A stretch of 64,000 nucleotides of DNA from Terriglobia bacterium (GCA_965198225.1 CBDAOY010000008.1:1165792-1229791), one strand, 5' to 3'; shown: positions 50,608 through 61,218, counted from the stretch's first letter. The notes: generated from the letters alone by a model not told the origin. Program-made: numbers and translations.

Positions 50608-52392
50608 ATGAGCACGACCGCCTTGCCCACGATCGATCCAGTTACGGCCCAGGTCGTCCGGGGCGCCCTGGAGCACATCGCCATCGAGATGGGACACAAG
50701 CTGACCCGGATGTCGTACTCGAGCATCATCCGGGAATCCGAAGACTTCGGCGCCGCGCTGGTCGACGTCAACTGCCAGCAGCTTTGCGAATCGGTGTTCA
50801 GCACACCGCTCCAGCTGGGTCCCATTTCAGGCTACGTCCGCGGCATCCAGAGGATCTTCCAGATGCGTGGCGACGAGTTCTATCCCGGTGACGTCATCAT
50901 CCACAATTCGCCCTACTACGGAGCGTCCCATGGGCCGGACATCGCCTTCTGCGTCCCCGTCTTCAGCGACGGCGAACTGATCGGGTTTTCCCTCACCACG
51001 GCACATCACCTCGACATTGGCGCTCTCGTGCCGGGCAGTTGCGGCATCGTCGACGCGGTCGACGCATACGCCGAAGGTCTCCAGTTCAAGGGGATCAAGG
51101 TCTTCGAGCGCGGTGTCCGCAATCAGCACTTCTGGAATTTCCTCTCCGACAACGTCCGTGCCGCCGACATGGTGCTCGGCGACATGGAGGCCCAGATCGC
51201 GGCCTGCCGGATCGGGGCCGATCGGTACCTCGACCTGGTCCGCGAATACGGGATGGATACCGTGCTGGCGGCCAGTGACGATCTGATGGAGTACTCGGAA
51301 AGAGTACTCCGCCAGGAAATCGAAAAACTCCAGGACGGAACCTACTACGCCGAGGGGTTCTTCGATGGATTCCTGGACAGCCCGGATCCGTCCAAGAAAG
51401 ACCTGAAGATTGCCGTCACGCTCAAGATCGACGGCAGCGACCTCTACATCGACCTGACCGGTTCCTCCCCCCAGATCGACGACCGGCCGATCAACATGCC
51501 GCTCGAAGGCACGGTGTGCGTCGCCGTGTATCTCATCGTACGTTCGATACTGCTCGACACCGAATACCACGAATACGTGCCGCAGAACTCCGGCCTCACC
51601 CGCCCGATACATATCCACGCACCGAAAGGGTCGATCTGCAATCCGAAATTCCCCGCCCCGACGATCGCACGCTTCTGCCCCGGCAACGTCGTCGCCGACA
51701 CGATCATGCGCGCCCTGACCCAGGTCGTCCCCGAACAGGTCGGGGCCGGCGTTGGAAACCTGAAGGTGATCGCATACAGCGGTCTGGTCGACGAAAACTA
51801 CTGGGTCTACATGGACATCACCGAAGGCGCTTACGGCGGTCGTTACGGTAAGGACGGCCTGGACTGCGTCGATACGCTGTACGCCAACACCCGGAACAAT
51901 CCCATCGAAGACATCGAGTCGCACTACCCGCTGCGTGTAAACCGTTACGAACTGCGGGAAGACAAGTGTGGGGCCGGAAAGTGGCGGGGTGGACTGGGTT
52001 CGATCCGCGACGTCATGTTCACGACCGACGGCAGGATGTCGCTCGAGGGGGACGGCCACAAGTTTGCGCCCTGGGGAATATTCGACGGGAAAGAAGGCAC
52101 GCCGGGGGCGTTGATTCTGAATCCGGCCGGCGAAGAAACTTCGCTGCCGTCAAAGATCAGCGATCGACGGGCAAAGAAGGGAGACACGTTCCGCACGATC
52201 AGCCCCTGCGGCGGGGGTTACGGCAATCCGCTGGAGCGGGACGTGAGCGCGGTTCTCGACGACGTGCTCGACGGATTCATTTCACGCGAGAGCGCCCGAA
52301 AATACGGCGTGGTGATAACCGAGGACCTGAAGATCGATGAGGAGGGCACCGCAAGAATGCGGGCCCGGCCCCAACCTCCCCCGTCGGCCTGA
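50608..52392 (+). CDS. hyuB: hydantoinase B/oxoprolinase family, B subunit
   Basis: DPVTAQVVRGALEHIAIEMGHKLTRMSYSSIIRESEDFGAAL..., 594 aa, 10 nt after hyuA. Confidence 0.9.
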   Translation: MSTTALPTIDPVTAQVVRGALEHIAIEMGHKLTRMSYSSIIRESEDFGAALVDVNCQQLCESVFSTPLQLGPISGYVRGIQRIFQMRGDEFYPGDVIIHNSPYYGASHGPDIAFCVPVFSDGELIGFSLTTAHHLDIGALVPGSCGIVDAVDAYAEGLQFKGIKVFERGVRNQHFWNFLSDNVRAADMVLGDMEAQIAACRIGADRYLDLVREYGMDTVLAASDDLMEYSERVLRQEIEKLQDGTYYAEGFFDGFLDSPDPSKKDLKIAVTLKIDGSDLYIDLTGSSPQIDDRPINMPLEGTVCVAVYLIVRSILLDTEYHEYVPQNSGLTRPIHIHAPKGSICNPKFPAPTIARFCPGNVVADTIMRALTQVVPEQVGAGVGNLKVIAYSGLVDENYWVYMDITEGAYGGRYGKDGLDCVDTLYANTRNNPIEDIESHYPLRVNRYELREDKCGAGKWRGGLGSIRDVMFTTDGRMSLEGDGHKFAPWGIFDGKEGTPGALILNPAGEETSLPSKISDRRAKKGDTFRTISPCGGGYGNPLERDVSAVLDDVLDGFISRESARKYGVVITEDLKIDEEGTARMRARPQPPPSA

Positions 52393-52429
52393 GGCGCTCG
52401 ACCGGCAGGATCTGGCGATCAGCTCAACC

Positions 52430-53215
52430 TTATCGCTCGCAACGGACCGAGACCATCTCCATCGAAGTAATGTCGATGCGTTCCCTGTTGGGCTGTCGGA
52501 TGACGTAGCCCTTCGTCTGCATCTTCTGGCCCGAGTAGGAGTCGAGATCGAAGTCGGATCCGAGATAATCGACGTTCTGCAACCGGAACGTCTGATTTCC
52601 GAGTTCCCTCACCAATGCGTGGTCCAACTCTTTCGGGGTTGAGGTGTTCGACGTGTCCGTCCGGACCGGCTCACCAGCCGAGGCCAGTTTCCATCCGGCT
52701 CCATCCGGAGCAAGGCATCCGACGACCTGAATGAGCGCCCCGCTGGGGACCGGGCGAGGCCCATCCTTTCGCTCAATCTGAATGCTCTCGACAACATCCA
52801 AGGTGAGTTCCTCCTCGCCAGCCGGAAACAGATTCGACTTGAAGAGGTGGGCGACGATGTCGAGGTAGGCTTGATCGGTCAAGCTCCCGGGGTCACGTCG
52901 CGGCATGCTGGCTTTGATGAAGCTAAACAGGCTCTCCGCGTCATATTCGCGCCAACGTTCGAGAAAGGCGGGTCCGATCATGCGGGCATCCGGGTTGAGA
53001 ACATCGACGTCCACGGTGTGGCAGCGAAGACAATTGGCATCGAATTCGGCCAGTCCGCGCGCCGCCTGAGTTTCGGTAAAGACAGAGCTCCAGACTGTTT
53101 TGTATTCGCCAGGCTTGAGGCCCGGGGCTGCCTGCGCTTCCAGAGTCGCCGGAAGAGCCAGGGTGCCAGCCAGAATCAACGGGGAAATCACGAGAATCGC
53201 AAATCTATTGCGCAT
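52430..53215 (-). CDS. c-type cytochrome domain protein
   Basis: Signal peptide MRNRFAILVISPLILAGTLALPA and heme motif CLRCH, followed by a C-terminal domain of unknown family. ATG 53215 within ORF 52430..53368. Confidence 0.7.
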   Translation of the reverse strand: MRNRFAILVISPLILAGTLALPATLEAQAAPGLKPGEYKTVWSSVFTETQAARGLAEFDANCLRCHTVDVDVLNPDARMIGPAFLERWREYDAESLFSFIKASMPRRDPGSLTDQAYLDIVAHLFKSNLFPAGEEELTLDVVESIQIERKDGPRPVPSGALIQVVGCLAPDGAGWKLASAGEPVRTDTSNTSTPKELDHALVRELGNQTFRLQNVDYLGSDFDLDSYSGQKMQTKGYVIRQPNRERIDITSMEMVSVRCER

Positions 53216-53497
53216 GCTGCTCACACATCCTATTCGGTATCGGAGTCTCGACAAGCAGAGCGAGAACAAGGCCGCCGTTTTTTTCTCCCGACTCCAATCT
53301 GCGAAGCCGGACAGGCTAACAACTCTCCAGGCCCGCCGGGGTGTTCGGCTGTGGAACGTCGTTCCCACTACCGGACGCCTTCAGGCTTCGAAAAATCCCC
53401 CGCGCCCGCCTCAATCCACTTATATTCAATGGGTTATAACACGAACCGTTTTGGAAAGCGACGTGTTTACCATCGTACTTGGAACAAAGGGGGTTCT

Positions 53498-53791
53498 ATG
53501 GCCGTAAACACACCCGAAATGATTACCCTCCGGAGATCCGGTTATCGCACGGTTGCGCTCGGGCACGAGATTGGTGCCGGGGCAATCGAAGTCGGTACGG
53601 CCATCGAAAACGCTGCTAAGGCATGGGCGGATGCCCGTCACCCGGGTTTCTACGACATCATCACGCCGGGCGGGTGCTATTACGTTCACATTTTTGAGCC
53701 GGGCCGGACGATCTATGTCATCGCAGCCATCGGCAACGGCTGTCCGGAAAGAGCGTCCGGACTTCGCCCGGACCTCAGACTGGCTTCGTAG
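53498..53791 (+). CDS. small hypothetical protein (97 aa)
   Basis: AAAGGGGG lies 5 nt before ATG 53498. It is the last 97 codons of ORF 52847..53791, 27 nt upstream of the first ADOP permease. No family recognised. Confidence 0.45.
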   Translation: MAVNTPEMITLRRSGYRTVALGHEIGAGAIEVGTAIENAAKAWADARHPGFYDIITPGGCYYVHIFEPGRTIYVIAAIGNGCPERASGLRPDLRLAS

Positions 53792-53818
53792 GTCAACAAT
53801 CCGCAAGGAAAGTCAGGT

Positions 53819-56290
53819 ATGGAAAATTTTTACACGGACATTCGATACGGACTACGAACCCTGGCGAAGAGTCCCGGGTTCACGATCGTCGCCACGCTCA
53901 TTCTAGCCCTCGGGATCGGAGCAACGACTGCCATCTTTACCCTCGTCAACGGCATTTTCCTGAAGCCGCTGCCGCTCCCGAACACAGAGGGGCTGACCTC
54001 CGTCTACACGACCGACGAGAAGAACCCCGGTTTTCTGTCGGTCTCCGGGCAGAACTACCAGGACTTCCGGGACGAGAACGAAGTGTTTTCAAACCTGGTC
54101 GCCTACACCCAGATGATTTTCAACATCGGGACGCGGGACGAACCGGCTCAGGCGTTGGGTGAAATTGTTACAGGCAATTACTTTGAAACGCTCGACTTGA
54201 CACCCGCACTGGGACGGCTGATTCAGCCCGAAGACGACGAGATTCCTGGCGAGAGCCCCGTCGTCGTCTTGTCTTACAAGACATGGCAGAATCGGTTCGG
54301 CTCCGACCCCGGAGTCGTCGGCACCGAGATCAGGCTCAACGGGACCCCGCTCACGATCATCGGGGTCGCCGAACAGGGCTTCGAAGGGCTGGGTTTCGGT
54401 GTCAGTCAGGAGCTCTGGGTCCCCACGATGATGTATCAGCAGGTCCACCCGACGCCCGACCTCATCTGGGACGAGCGACGCGCGATCGTTTTCGCCGTAG
54501 TCGGGCGCCTGAAGCCGGGTGTGACGCTTCAACAGGCGGAATCGAACATGCAGGCGATCGCCTCCGCGCTCGAAGAGCAGTACCCGCTCCCGAACGAAGG
54601 CCGAAACGTGATCCTGGAACCTCTGTCCCGACTCAACCCCGGCTTCCGGCCAACGATGGCCCTGGCCGGGGGGTTGTTGATCGCCCTCTCCGGACTGGTT
54701 CTCGCGATCGCCTCGGCCAACATCGCAAACCTTCTCCTGGTTCGGGCGACCGCACGAAAGCGGGAGATCGCGGTGCGCCTTTCGCTCGGCGCGGGCCGCG
54801 TGCGACTCATCCGTCAGCTCCTGACCGAGAGTTTCGTGCTGGCTGCGATCGGGGGCACGGGCGGCCTGCTGATCGCAGTGTGGGTGCGCGATCTCATCTT
54901 TTCGCTGACGCCACCCCTGCCGTTCCAGCCGAGCATGGACATGAGCCTGGACGCACGGGTTCTCGGGTTCGCGGCGTTTATCTCGCTGTTGGGCGGGCTT
55001 TTCTTCGGCCTCGTCCCGGCGATCCAGGCATCCCGCCCGGATCTTTCGAGCGAGCTCAAGAGCGGCCAACAGAAGGAAGGTTCGATCCGGAAGTTCAGCC
55101 CGCGGAACATCCTCGTCGTGGCTCAGGTTTCGCTGTCCTTGATCGCTCTCATCTCGGCCGGTCTCCTGATGCGCAGCTTCCAGAACACTCTGTTGATCGA
55201 CCCCGGATTCCGCACCGACGACGTACTGACCGTCACTCTCGGAATGACAGACAACCGGTACCTGCAGGAGACCACCGGACAGGACTTCTACCGGCAACTG
55301 CAGGAAGAAGTCCGGGCAGTGCCCGGCGTCGTCACCGCAGATCTCGGGACCCACATGCCGATGTTCTTCGGCGGGTTCCGGCGGACGGTGTTCATCGACG
55401 GTCGGGATGCCGGCGAAGCGGAGGACGGAATACTCGTTGGTACGAGCACGGTCGGGCCGAAGTATCTCGAAGCGATGGGTATCTCGTTGCTACGAGGACG
55501 CGACTTCAGCCGTGTGCAACCGAAGGCGACAAGCAACAGCGTCGGTCCGGACTACGTGATTGTCAACGAGACGATGGCGGAGCGGTTCTGGCCCGGAGAA
55601 GAAGCATTGGGGCGACGCTTCACCTTCTACGGCGACGACGCGCCGGTGGAGATCATCGGCATCGCCGCCGACGCGAAGTACAACCAACTGGCGGAAGATG
55701 CGCAGCCTTACGCCTACCTGCCCTTGCTGCAGAGCTACCGCGACGCAAAGGTCGTCATGAATCTGTTCGTGAACACCCAGGGCGCGCCGACCACCGTCGC
55801 CGGCGACGTCGGGACGGTCATCAGGCAGCTCGACCCGAATCTCCCGATCACGGGCGTCGCGCCCATGGAAGAGGTGCTCAACCGCTCGATGTGGCTCCCC
55901 CGGATAGGCGCCTGGCTCGTGGCGGTTTTCGGCGGCCTCGCGCTGTTCCTTGCCGGGATCGGCGTCTACGGAGTGATTTCGTTCTCGGTCAGCCAGCGCA
56001 CGCACGAGATCGGTCTGAGGATGGCCCTGGGCGCCCGATCCGCCGACGCGATGAAACTGGTCGTGAAACAGGGGCTGACCCTGTCGGTGATCGGTGTCGT
56101 GATCGGCGTGCTGGTGTCGATCGGAATCACGCGAGTGATGAGTACGTTCCTGGTCGGGGTGGACGCGCTCGACCCGACCGTGTTCGGGGGAGTGGCCCTG
56201 ACCCTGGCCGCCGTTTCGATGCTGGCGTCCTACATCCCGGCGTTGCGGGCCACGAGAGTGGACCCCGTCACAGCGCTACGATTTGAGTGA
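53819..56290 (+). CDS. ADOP-family duplicated permease (MacB-like, two FtsX domains)
   Basis: MENFYTDIRYGLRTLAKSPGFTIVATLILALGIGATTAIF, 823 aa, ends ...RVDPVTALRFE. Confidence 0.9.
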   Translation: MENFYTDIRYGLRTLAKSPGFTIVATLILALGIGATTAIFTLVNGIFLKPLPLPNTEGLTSVYTTDEKNPGFLSVSGQNYQDFRDENEVFSNLVAYTQMIFNIGTRDEPAQALGEIVTGNYFETLDLTPALGRLIQPEDDEIPGESPVVVLSYKTWQNRFGSDPGVVGTEIRLNGTPLTIIGVAEQGFEGLGFGVSQELWVPTMMYQQVHPTPDLIWDERRAIVFAVVGRLKPGVTLQQAESNMQAIASALEEQYPLPNEGRNVILEPLSRLNPGFRPTMALAGGLLIALSGLVLAIASANIANLLLVRATARKREIAVRLSLGAGRVRLIRQLLTESFVLAAIGGTGGLLIAVWVRDLIFSLTPPLPFQPSMDMSLDARVLGFAAFISLLGGLFFGLVPAIQASRPDLSSELKSGQQKEGSIRKFSPRNILVVAQVSLSLIALISAGLLMRSFQNTLLIDPGFRTDDVLTVTLGMTDNRYLQETTGQDFYRQLQEEVRAVPGVVTADLGTHMPMFFGGFRRTVFIDGRDAGEAEDGILVGTSTVGPKYLEAMGISLLRGRDFSRVQPKATSNSVGPDYVIVNETMAERFWPGEEALGRRFTFYGDDAPVEIIGIAADAKYNQLAEDAQPYAYLPLLQSYRDAKVVMNLFVNTQGAPTTVAGDVGTVIRQLDPNLPITGVAPMEEVLNRSMWLPRIGAWLVAVFGGLALFLAGIGVYGVISFSVSQRTHEIGLRMALGARSADAMKLVVKQGLTLSVIGVVIGVLVSIGITRVMSTFLVGVDALDPTVFGGVALTLAAVSMLASYIPALRATRVDPVTALRFE

Positions 56291-56414
56291 CTGGGTTTCG
56301 GGCGCACGCACCGAAAGCTCGTCTTAAAAGGCTGAAGGACTCGGAAAGTAACATTGCCTCACGGCATTCCGAGCTCACAGGGCCAACAATCCTCCTTAAG
56401 CGAGGCTGTCAGGA

Positions 56415-58887
56415 ATGGAAAACTTCTACAGGGATGTCCGATACGGACTACGAACCCTGGCCAAGAGCCCCGGGTTCACGATCGTCGCTGCGCTCATCCT
56501 GGCTCTCGGCATTGGCGCAACGACGGCCATCTTCACCCTCGTCAACGGGATTTTCCTGAAGCCGATGCCGGTCCAGGATGCCGAGGGCCTGATGTCGGTC
56601 TACACAACCGACGAAAAGAACCCCGGTTTTCGTCAGGTGTCCGGCGAGAACTACAAGGACTATCGCGATGAGAACGAGGTTTTCTCCGACCTCGCCCGCC
56701 TACACCCAATTGCTGTACAACATGGGCAGCCTGGATGAGCCCACTCAGGTCCTGGGCGAACTCGTAACCGCCAACTACTTCGACGTACTGGGTGTCGGGC
56801 CTGCTCTGGGACGGCTGATCCTGCCCGAGGAGGACCAGACTCCGGGAACGCACCCCGTCGCCGTCCTCAGCCACAGAGCCTGGGAGAACCGTTTTGGATC
56901 TGATCCGGGCGTGATCGGCCAGGAGATCACGGTGAATGGAACGCCTCTGACGATCATAGGCGTGGCCGAAGAGGGGTTCGACGGGCTCACTCTGGCGATC
57001 AGCCAGGAAGTCTGGGTTCCCTATATGATGTTCGCTCAGGTCCACCCGACACCGGACCTGGTGGCCGACCGCCGGGCGATCCTCTTCAACGTCGTCGGTA
57101 AGCTGAAACCAGGTGTCACGCGCGAGCAGGCCGAATCGAACATGCAGGCTATCGGTACGGCTCTCGCCGAGCAGTATCCCACCCCCAACGAAGGCCGCAA
57201 CGTGACGTTGGATCCCCTCTCACGGCTGGGCCCGGCCTTCCGATCGACGCTTGCGCTCGCGGCGGGACTGCTGATTGCGATCTCGGGACTCGTCCTGGCC
57301 ATCGCCTCGGCAAACATCGCGAATCTGCTCCTGGTTCGTGCGGCAGCCAGAAGAAGGGAGATTGCCGTACGGCTCTCTCTTGGGGCGGGTCGCATCCGCC
57401 TGATTCGCCAACTCCTGACCGAGAGTTTCGTCCTGGCCGCGATCGGAGGGATCGGCGGTCTGGTGCTTGCGCTCTGGACCCGAGACCTGCTTTGGTCTCT
57501 GGTCCCAGCCACCCCTCCGGTCCAGCTCACCCTCGATGCCAGTCTGGACGGCCGGGTCATCGGCTTCGCCGCGCTCGTCTCGCTCGCAGGTGGGCTCTTC
57601 TTCGGCCTCGTTCCGGCGATTCAATCTTCGAGGCCGGATCTTTCGACAGAACTCAAGAGCGGCCAGCAGAAAGAGGGATCGATCCGGAGATTCAGCCCGC
57701 GGAACATCCTCGTGATCGCACAGGTGTCACTATCGCTGGTCGCGTTGATTTCGGCGGGACTGCTGATGCGGAGCTTCCAGAACACTCTCGACATCGACCC
57801 CGGCTTCCGCACCGAAGACGTCCTGACAGTCTCGTTCAACCTGAACGATAATCGTTACCTGGAAGAAGCCATGGGCCAGGACCTCGTGCGCCGCCTCCGG
57901 GAGGAAGTGACGTCTGTTCCGGGCGTGTTGAATGCCGACGTCGGCAGCGCGATGCCGATGTTTTTCCCGGGTATGGGCCGGACCGTTTTCATCGAGGGCA
58001 GGGATGCCGGTGAGGCCGAAGACGGCATTCTCGTCAGCACCAGTACCGTGGGGCCGAAGTACTTGGAGGCGATGGGCATAGAGCTCCTTCGAGGGCGGGA
58101 TTTCAGTCGCGTCGAGGAAAAGGAGACCAGCTCGGACATCGGGCCCGACTACGCCATCATCAATGAAACGATGGCTGAACGGTTCTGGCCTGGTGAAGAT
58201 GCGCTCGGAAGACACTTCAGGTTTTACGGGGATGATCACACCGTCGAGGTCATCGGTATTGCAGCGACCACGAAGTACCTCCAGCTGGCGGAGCAACCAC
58301 AACCCTTTGCTTATCTTCCGATTCAGCAGAGCTTTCGTGACATGAGGTTCGCGGTGAATCTGTTTGTCCGCACTGCGGGCGGTCCCACCAGCGTCGCCGG
58401 AGACGTGCGGAGCGTCATCCGGGAACTCGATCCCAATATCCCGATTACCAGCGTCCTCCCGATGACCGAGGTCGTCCATCGATCGATGCTGTTGGCCCGC
58501 ATCGGGGCAGTGCTGGTCGCTGCCTTCGGGGGCCTTGCGCTGTTTCTCGCGGCGATCGGGGTTTACGGAGTGATTTCGTTCTCGGTCAGCCAGCGCACCC
58601 ACGAGATCGGATTAAGAATGGCGTTGGGAGCCCGGTCGGCCGACGCGATGAAACTGGTCGTCAAGCAGGGGCTGGCTCTGACCTTGATCGGAATCGTGAT
58701 CGGGGTCGCGGTGTCGATCGGCATCACTCGTGTGATGGCAACCTTTCTGGTTGGCATCGACGCGCTCGATCCGACGGTGTTCGGAGGAGTGGCCCTCACT
58801 CTGGCGGCCGTTTCCGTGCTGGCGTGTTACATCCCGGCGCTGCGGGCCACGAAGGTGGATCCCGTCACCGCGCTGAAGTTTGAGTGA
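56415..58887 (+). pseudogene. second ADOP-family permease, tandem paralog, one frameshift
   Basis: MENFYRDVRYGLRTLAKSPGFTIVAALIL...DENEVFSDL, then a frame switch at about 56694..56698 (GCCCGCC) into AYTQLLYNMGSLDEPTQ... (ORF 56668..58887). Confidence 0.8.
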
Positions 58888-59033
58888 ACAGGTCTTCGGT
58901 CACACCCGTCGAGGACCTGTCCCAAGAAGGCTGAAGGACTCGGAAAGCAACATCCCCCACACCATCCGGGGCCTTCGGCCTTTGTTGTTTTGAAGAAGTG
59001 ACGGGTGACAAGTGGCCAGTGACAAGTCGGATA

Positions 59034-59150
59034 GTGCTGGCGTTATGTTTCAGAGTTTCTGCAAAAAGGTCCTGAAATAGGAAAGGGCCAGGGTATCTCC
59101 GAAACAGATGAACCGATGGCCCGACCTCAGATTAAGCGAAAGGGAGTGGC
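59034..59150 (+). mobile_element. solo left-end fragment of the IS256-family element
   Basis: 59042..59103 and 59107..59149 repeat 59216..59278 and 59311..59353 (IR-proximal sequence plus the first ~11 transposase codons MARPQIKRKGV). It is truncated at ...GGAGTGG. Confidence 0.75.
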
Positions 59151-59205
59151 CAGTGACAAGTTCGGATAGGAGCGCTTCGCTGTGAGCGATCGGCTCCTGG
59201 CTATC

Positions 59206-60846
59206 AGCTGGCAGGGTTATGTTTCAGAGTTTCTGCAAAAAGGTCCTGAAATAGGAAAGGGCCAGGGTATCTCCGAAAAGTTGGTAACGAATCAACTTTG
59301 AAACGAAGGAGATGAACCGATGGCCCGACCTCAGATTAAGCGAAAGGGAGTGGATTGGAAAGAACTGTTAGGAGAGGAAAAGGATTTGCTGAAAAGCGTC
59401 GTACAGGAGGTGGTTCAAGAGATTCTCGAGGCGGAGATGGACCAGGTCGTGGGCGCGGTCAAGAGTGAACGAACAGGGGGTCGCACCGGATATCGGAGTG
59501 GCTATTACGGACGGGACCTGGTCACACGGGTGGGCAAGCTGGAGTTGCGCGTGCCGCAGGACCGGGCCGGCCGGTTCAGTACGGAGGTGTTTGAACGCTA
59601 CCAACGCAGCGAGAAAGCCTTGGTGGCCAGCTTGGCCGAGATGTACGTGCAGGGCGTGTCAACGCGCAAGGTGAAAGCCATCACCGAAGAACTATGCGGA
59701 CATTCGTTTTCGGCCAGCACGATCAGCCGGATTAATCAGACTCTGGACAAGGAGCTGAAAAAGTTTGCAACGCGACGATTGGAGGAAGAATACCCGTACC
59801 TAATTTTGGATGCGCGCTACGAGAAGGTGCGCGAAGACGGGGTCATCCGGAGCCGGGCGGTGCTGGTCGCGATCGGAATCAACTGGGACGGCCGGCGCGG
59901 TGTGTTGGCGGTGGAGCTGGCGGGACGGGAAAGCACGACCAGTTGGCGGCAACTGCTGCTGAGTTTAAAACAACGCGGCCTGTGCGGGGTGGAGTTCGTG
60001 GTGACCGACGATCATCCGGGGTTGAAGAAAGCCATCGCGGAAGTCCTGACCGAAGCGATCTGGCAGCGCTGCTACGTGCACTTTCTCCGAAACGCATTGG
60101 ATTATCTGCCGCGCAAAGGCGATGACGATTGCCTCCAGGAACTGCGTTGGCTCTACGATCGGCGGAACCTCCAGGAAGCGCGGCAGGACCTCGCGGCGTG
60201 GTTGAGCAAGTGGGGGCAGAAATATCCCAAACTCTGCGACTGGGTCGAAGACAACATCGACGAGACGCTGAGCTTCTACACGCTGCCGCTTCAGCATCAC
60301 AAGCACATGAAATCCACCAATATGCTGGAACGGCTCAACGAAGAGATCAAGCGGCGAACGCGTGTGGTGCGGATATTCCCCAACGCGGCCAGCTGTCTGC
60401 GTTTGATTCGGGCACTGACCACCGAGATGCACGAGAACTGGATCGAAGCGATCCGTTATTTGAACATGGATCTGTTGAAGGAACACAAGAAGGACTGGCA
60501 CCGTCAGACGCCTGCCGCGTGAACGCGTCAAAACGGACCGACCCAAGGATCGGCTCGGAAGCCGATCGTCGATTACAGCGCATCCTGGAGCGAGGAATCT
60601 CTGTGGAAAACTTTCAAAGGGCGAAAGAAAGAGAACCAAAAAAGAAAGAAAGGCAGAGGCCTGATGGAAATGACGCCTCAGAGGAAATCCGCAACAAGAC
60701 GCGGATTCCCTCTGAGGCTTGGAAAAGCTTCGCCAAGAACGTTCAGCTTTCCCACATTCCCACAGGCCCGACGGCGATCAACACTCAAGAACTGACTTTT
60801 TCGGAAATACTTTTTGCAGAACTTGACGCACACAACTGCTGGCAGC
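59206..60846 (+). mobile_element. IS256-family insertion sequence (approximate ends)
   Basis: The left end GCTGGCAGGGTTATGTTTCAGAGTTTCTGCAAAAAGG is imperfectly complementary to 60810..60846 (CTTTTTGCAGAACTTGACGCACACAACTGCTGGCAGC). No 8-bp duplication seen. Confidence 0.6.
59320..60522 (+). CDS. IS256-family (mutator-type) transposase
   Basis: RTGYRSGYYGRDLVTRVGKLELRVPQDRAGRFSTEVFERYQRSEKAL...YLILDARYEKVRE...CYVHFLRN...STNMLERLNEEIKRRT. Confidence 0.9.
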   Translation: MARPQIKRKGVDWKELLGEEKDLLKSVVQEVVQEILEAEMDQVVGAVKSERTGGRTGYRSGYYGRDLVTRVGKLELRVPQDRAGRFSTEVFERYQRSEKALVASLAEMYVQGVSTRKVKAITEELCGHSFSASTISRINQTLDKELKKFATRRLEEEYPYLILDARYEKVREDGVIRSRAVLVAIGINWDGRRGVLAVELAGRESTTSWRQLLLSLKQRGLCGVEFVVTDDHPGLKKAIAEVLTEAIWQRCYVHFLRNALDYLPRKGDDDCLQELRWLYDRRNLQEARQDLAAWLSKWGQKYPKLCDWVEDNIDETLSFYTLPLQHHKHMKSTNMLERLNEEIKRRTRVVRIFPNAASCLRLIRALTTEMHENWIEAIRYLNMDLLKEHKKDWHRQTPAA

Positions 60847-61120
60847 ATTGCGTCCCGAACAGCGACTGTTCCGACTTGGCACTCGTCCACGCGTCTCCAC
60901 GCAGGGGCCGCAGGCTCCGGTCCAGGGTCGAAAAACTCGCTCCCCTCAGGCCGAGCCTACCAGATCGAACAAGCCGGGACGACCGGGTTCAACCGTGGTA
61001 TCTTTCTCCATTCCGTCACGAAAATCCAGCAACTACGGCAGAAAGGCAAAGAAATCAACAAGTTGATTCAGTCCGTTATCGACTTGTTTAATCAAGGCGG
61101 TGGTCCTGTTGTGGGCATTC

Positions 61121-61218
61121 TGTGGATAAACTGAGAGTCGGAAGAAGCGGATCGGGTTCTCGTCCTTTTCCCATCTGTGGAGAATCCACTGGGATTTGCG
61201 CGCATCGCTTGTGGATAA
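61121..61218 (+). promoter_or_regulatory. cluster of DnaA-box-like 9-mers
   Basis: TGTGGATAA at 61121..61129 and 61210..61218 (perfect complements of TTATCCACA). TGTGGAGAA at 61176..61184. All in the same orientation. Confidence 0.5.

Noticed and set aside
52847-53497. 5' two thirds of ORF 52847..53791 (314 aa)
   Set aside because: It is antisense to the cytochrome c gene and has shadow-ORF composition. Only the last 97 codons, which have their own Shine-Dalgarno sequence, are plausible.
58970-58992. Terminator after the second ADOP gene (GGCC-TTC-GGCC followed by TTTGTTGTTTTG)
   Set aside because: A 4-bp stem with a 3-nt loop is too weak to call, despite the T-rich tail.
60129-61091. 320-aa ORF overlapping the 3' part of the IS256 transposase gene and the spacer, plus antisense ORF 59965..60639
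   Set aside because: It is out of frame with, or antisense to, a well-supported transposase. It has Arg/Ala-rich composition and no recognisable domain.
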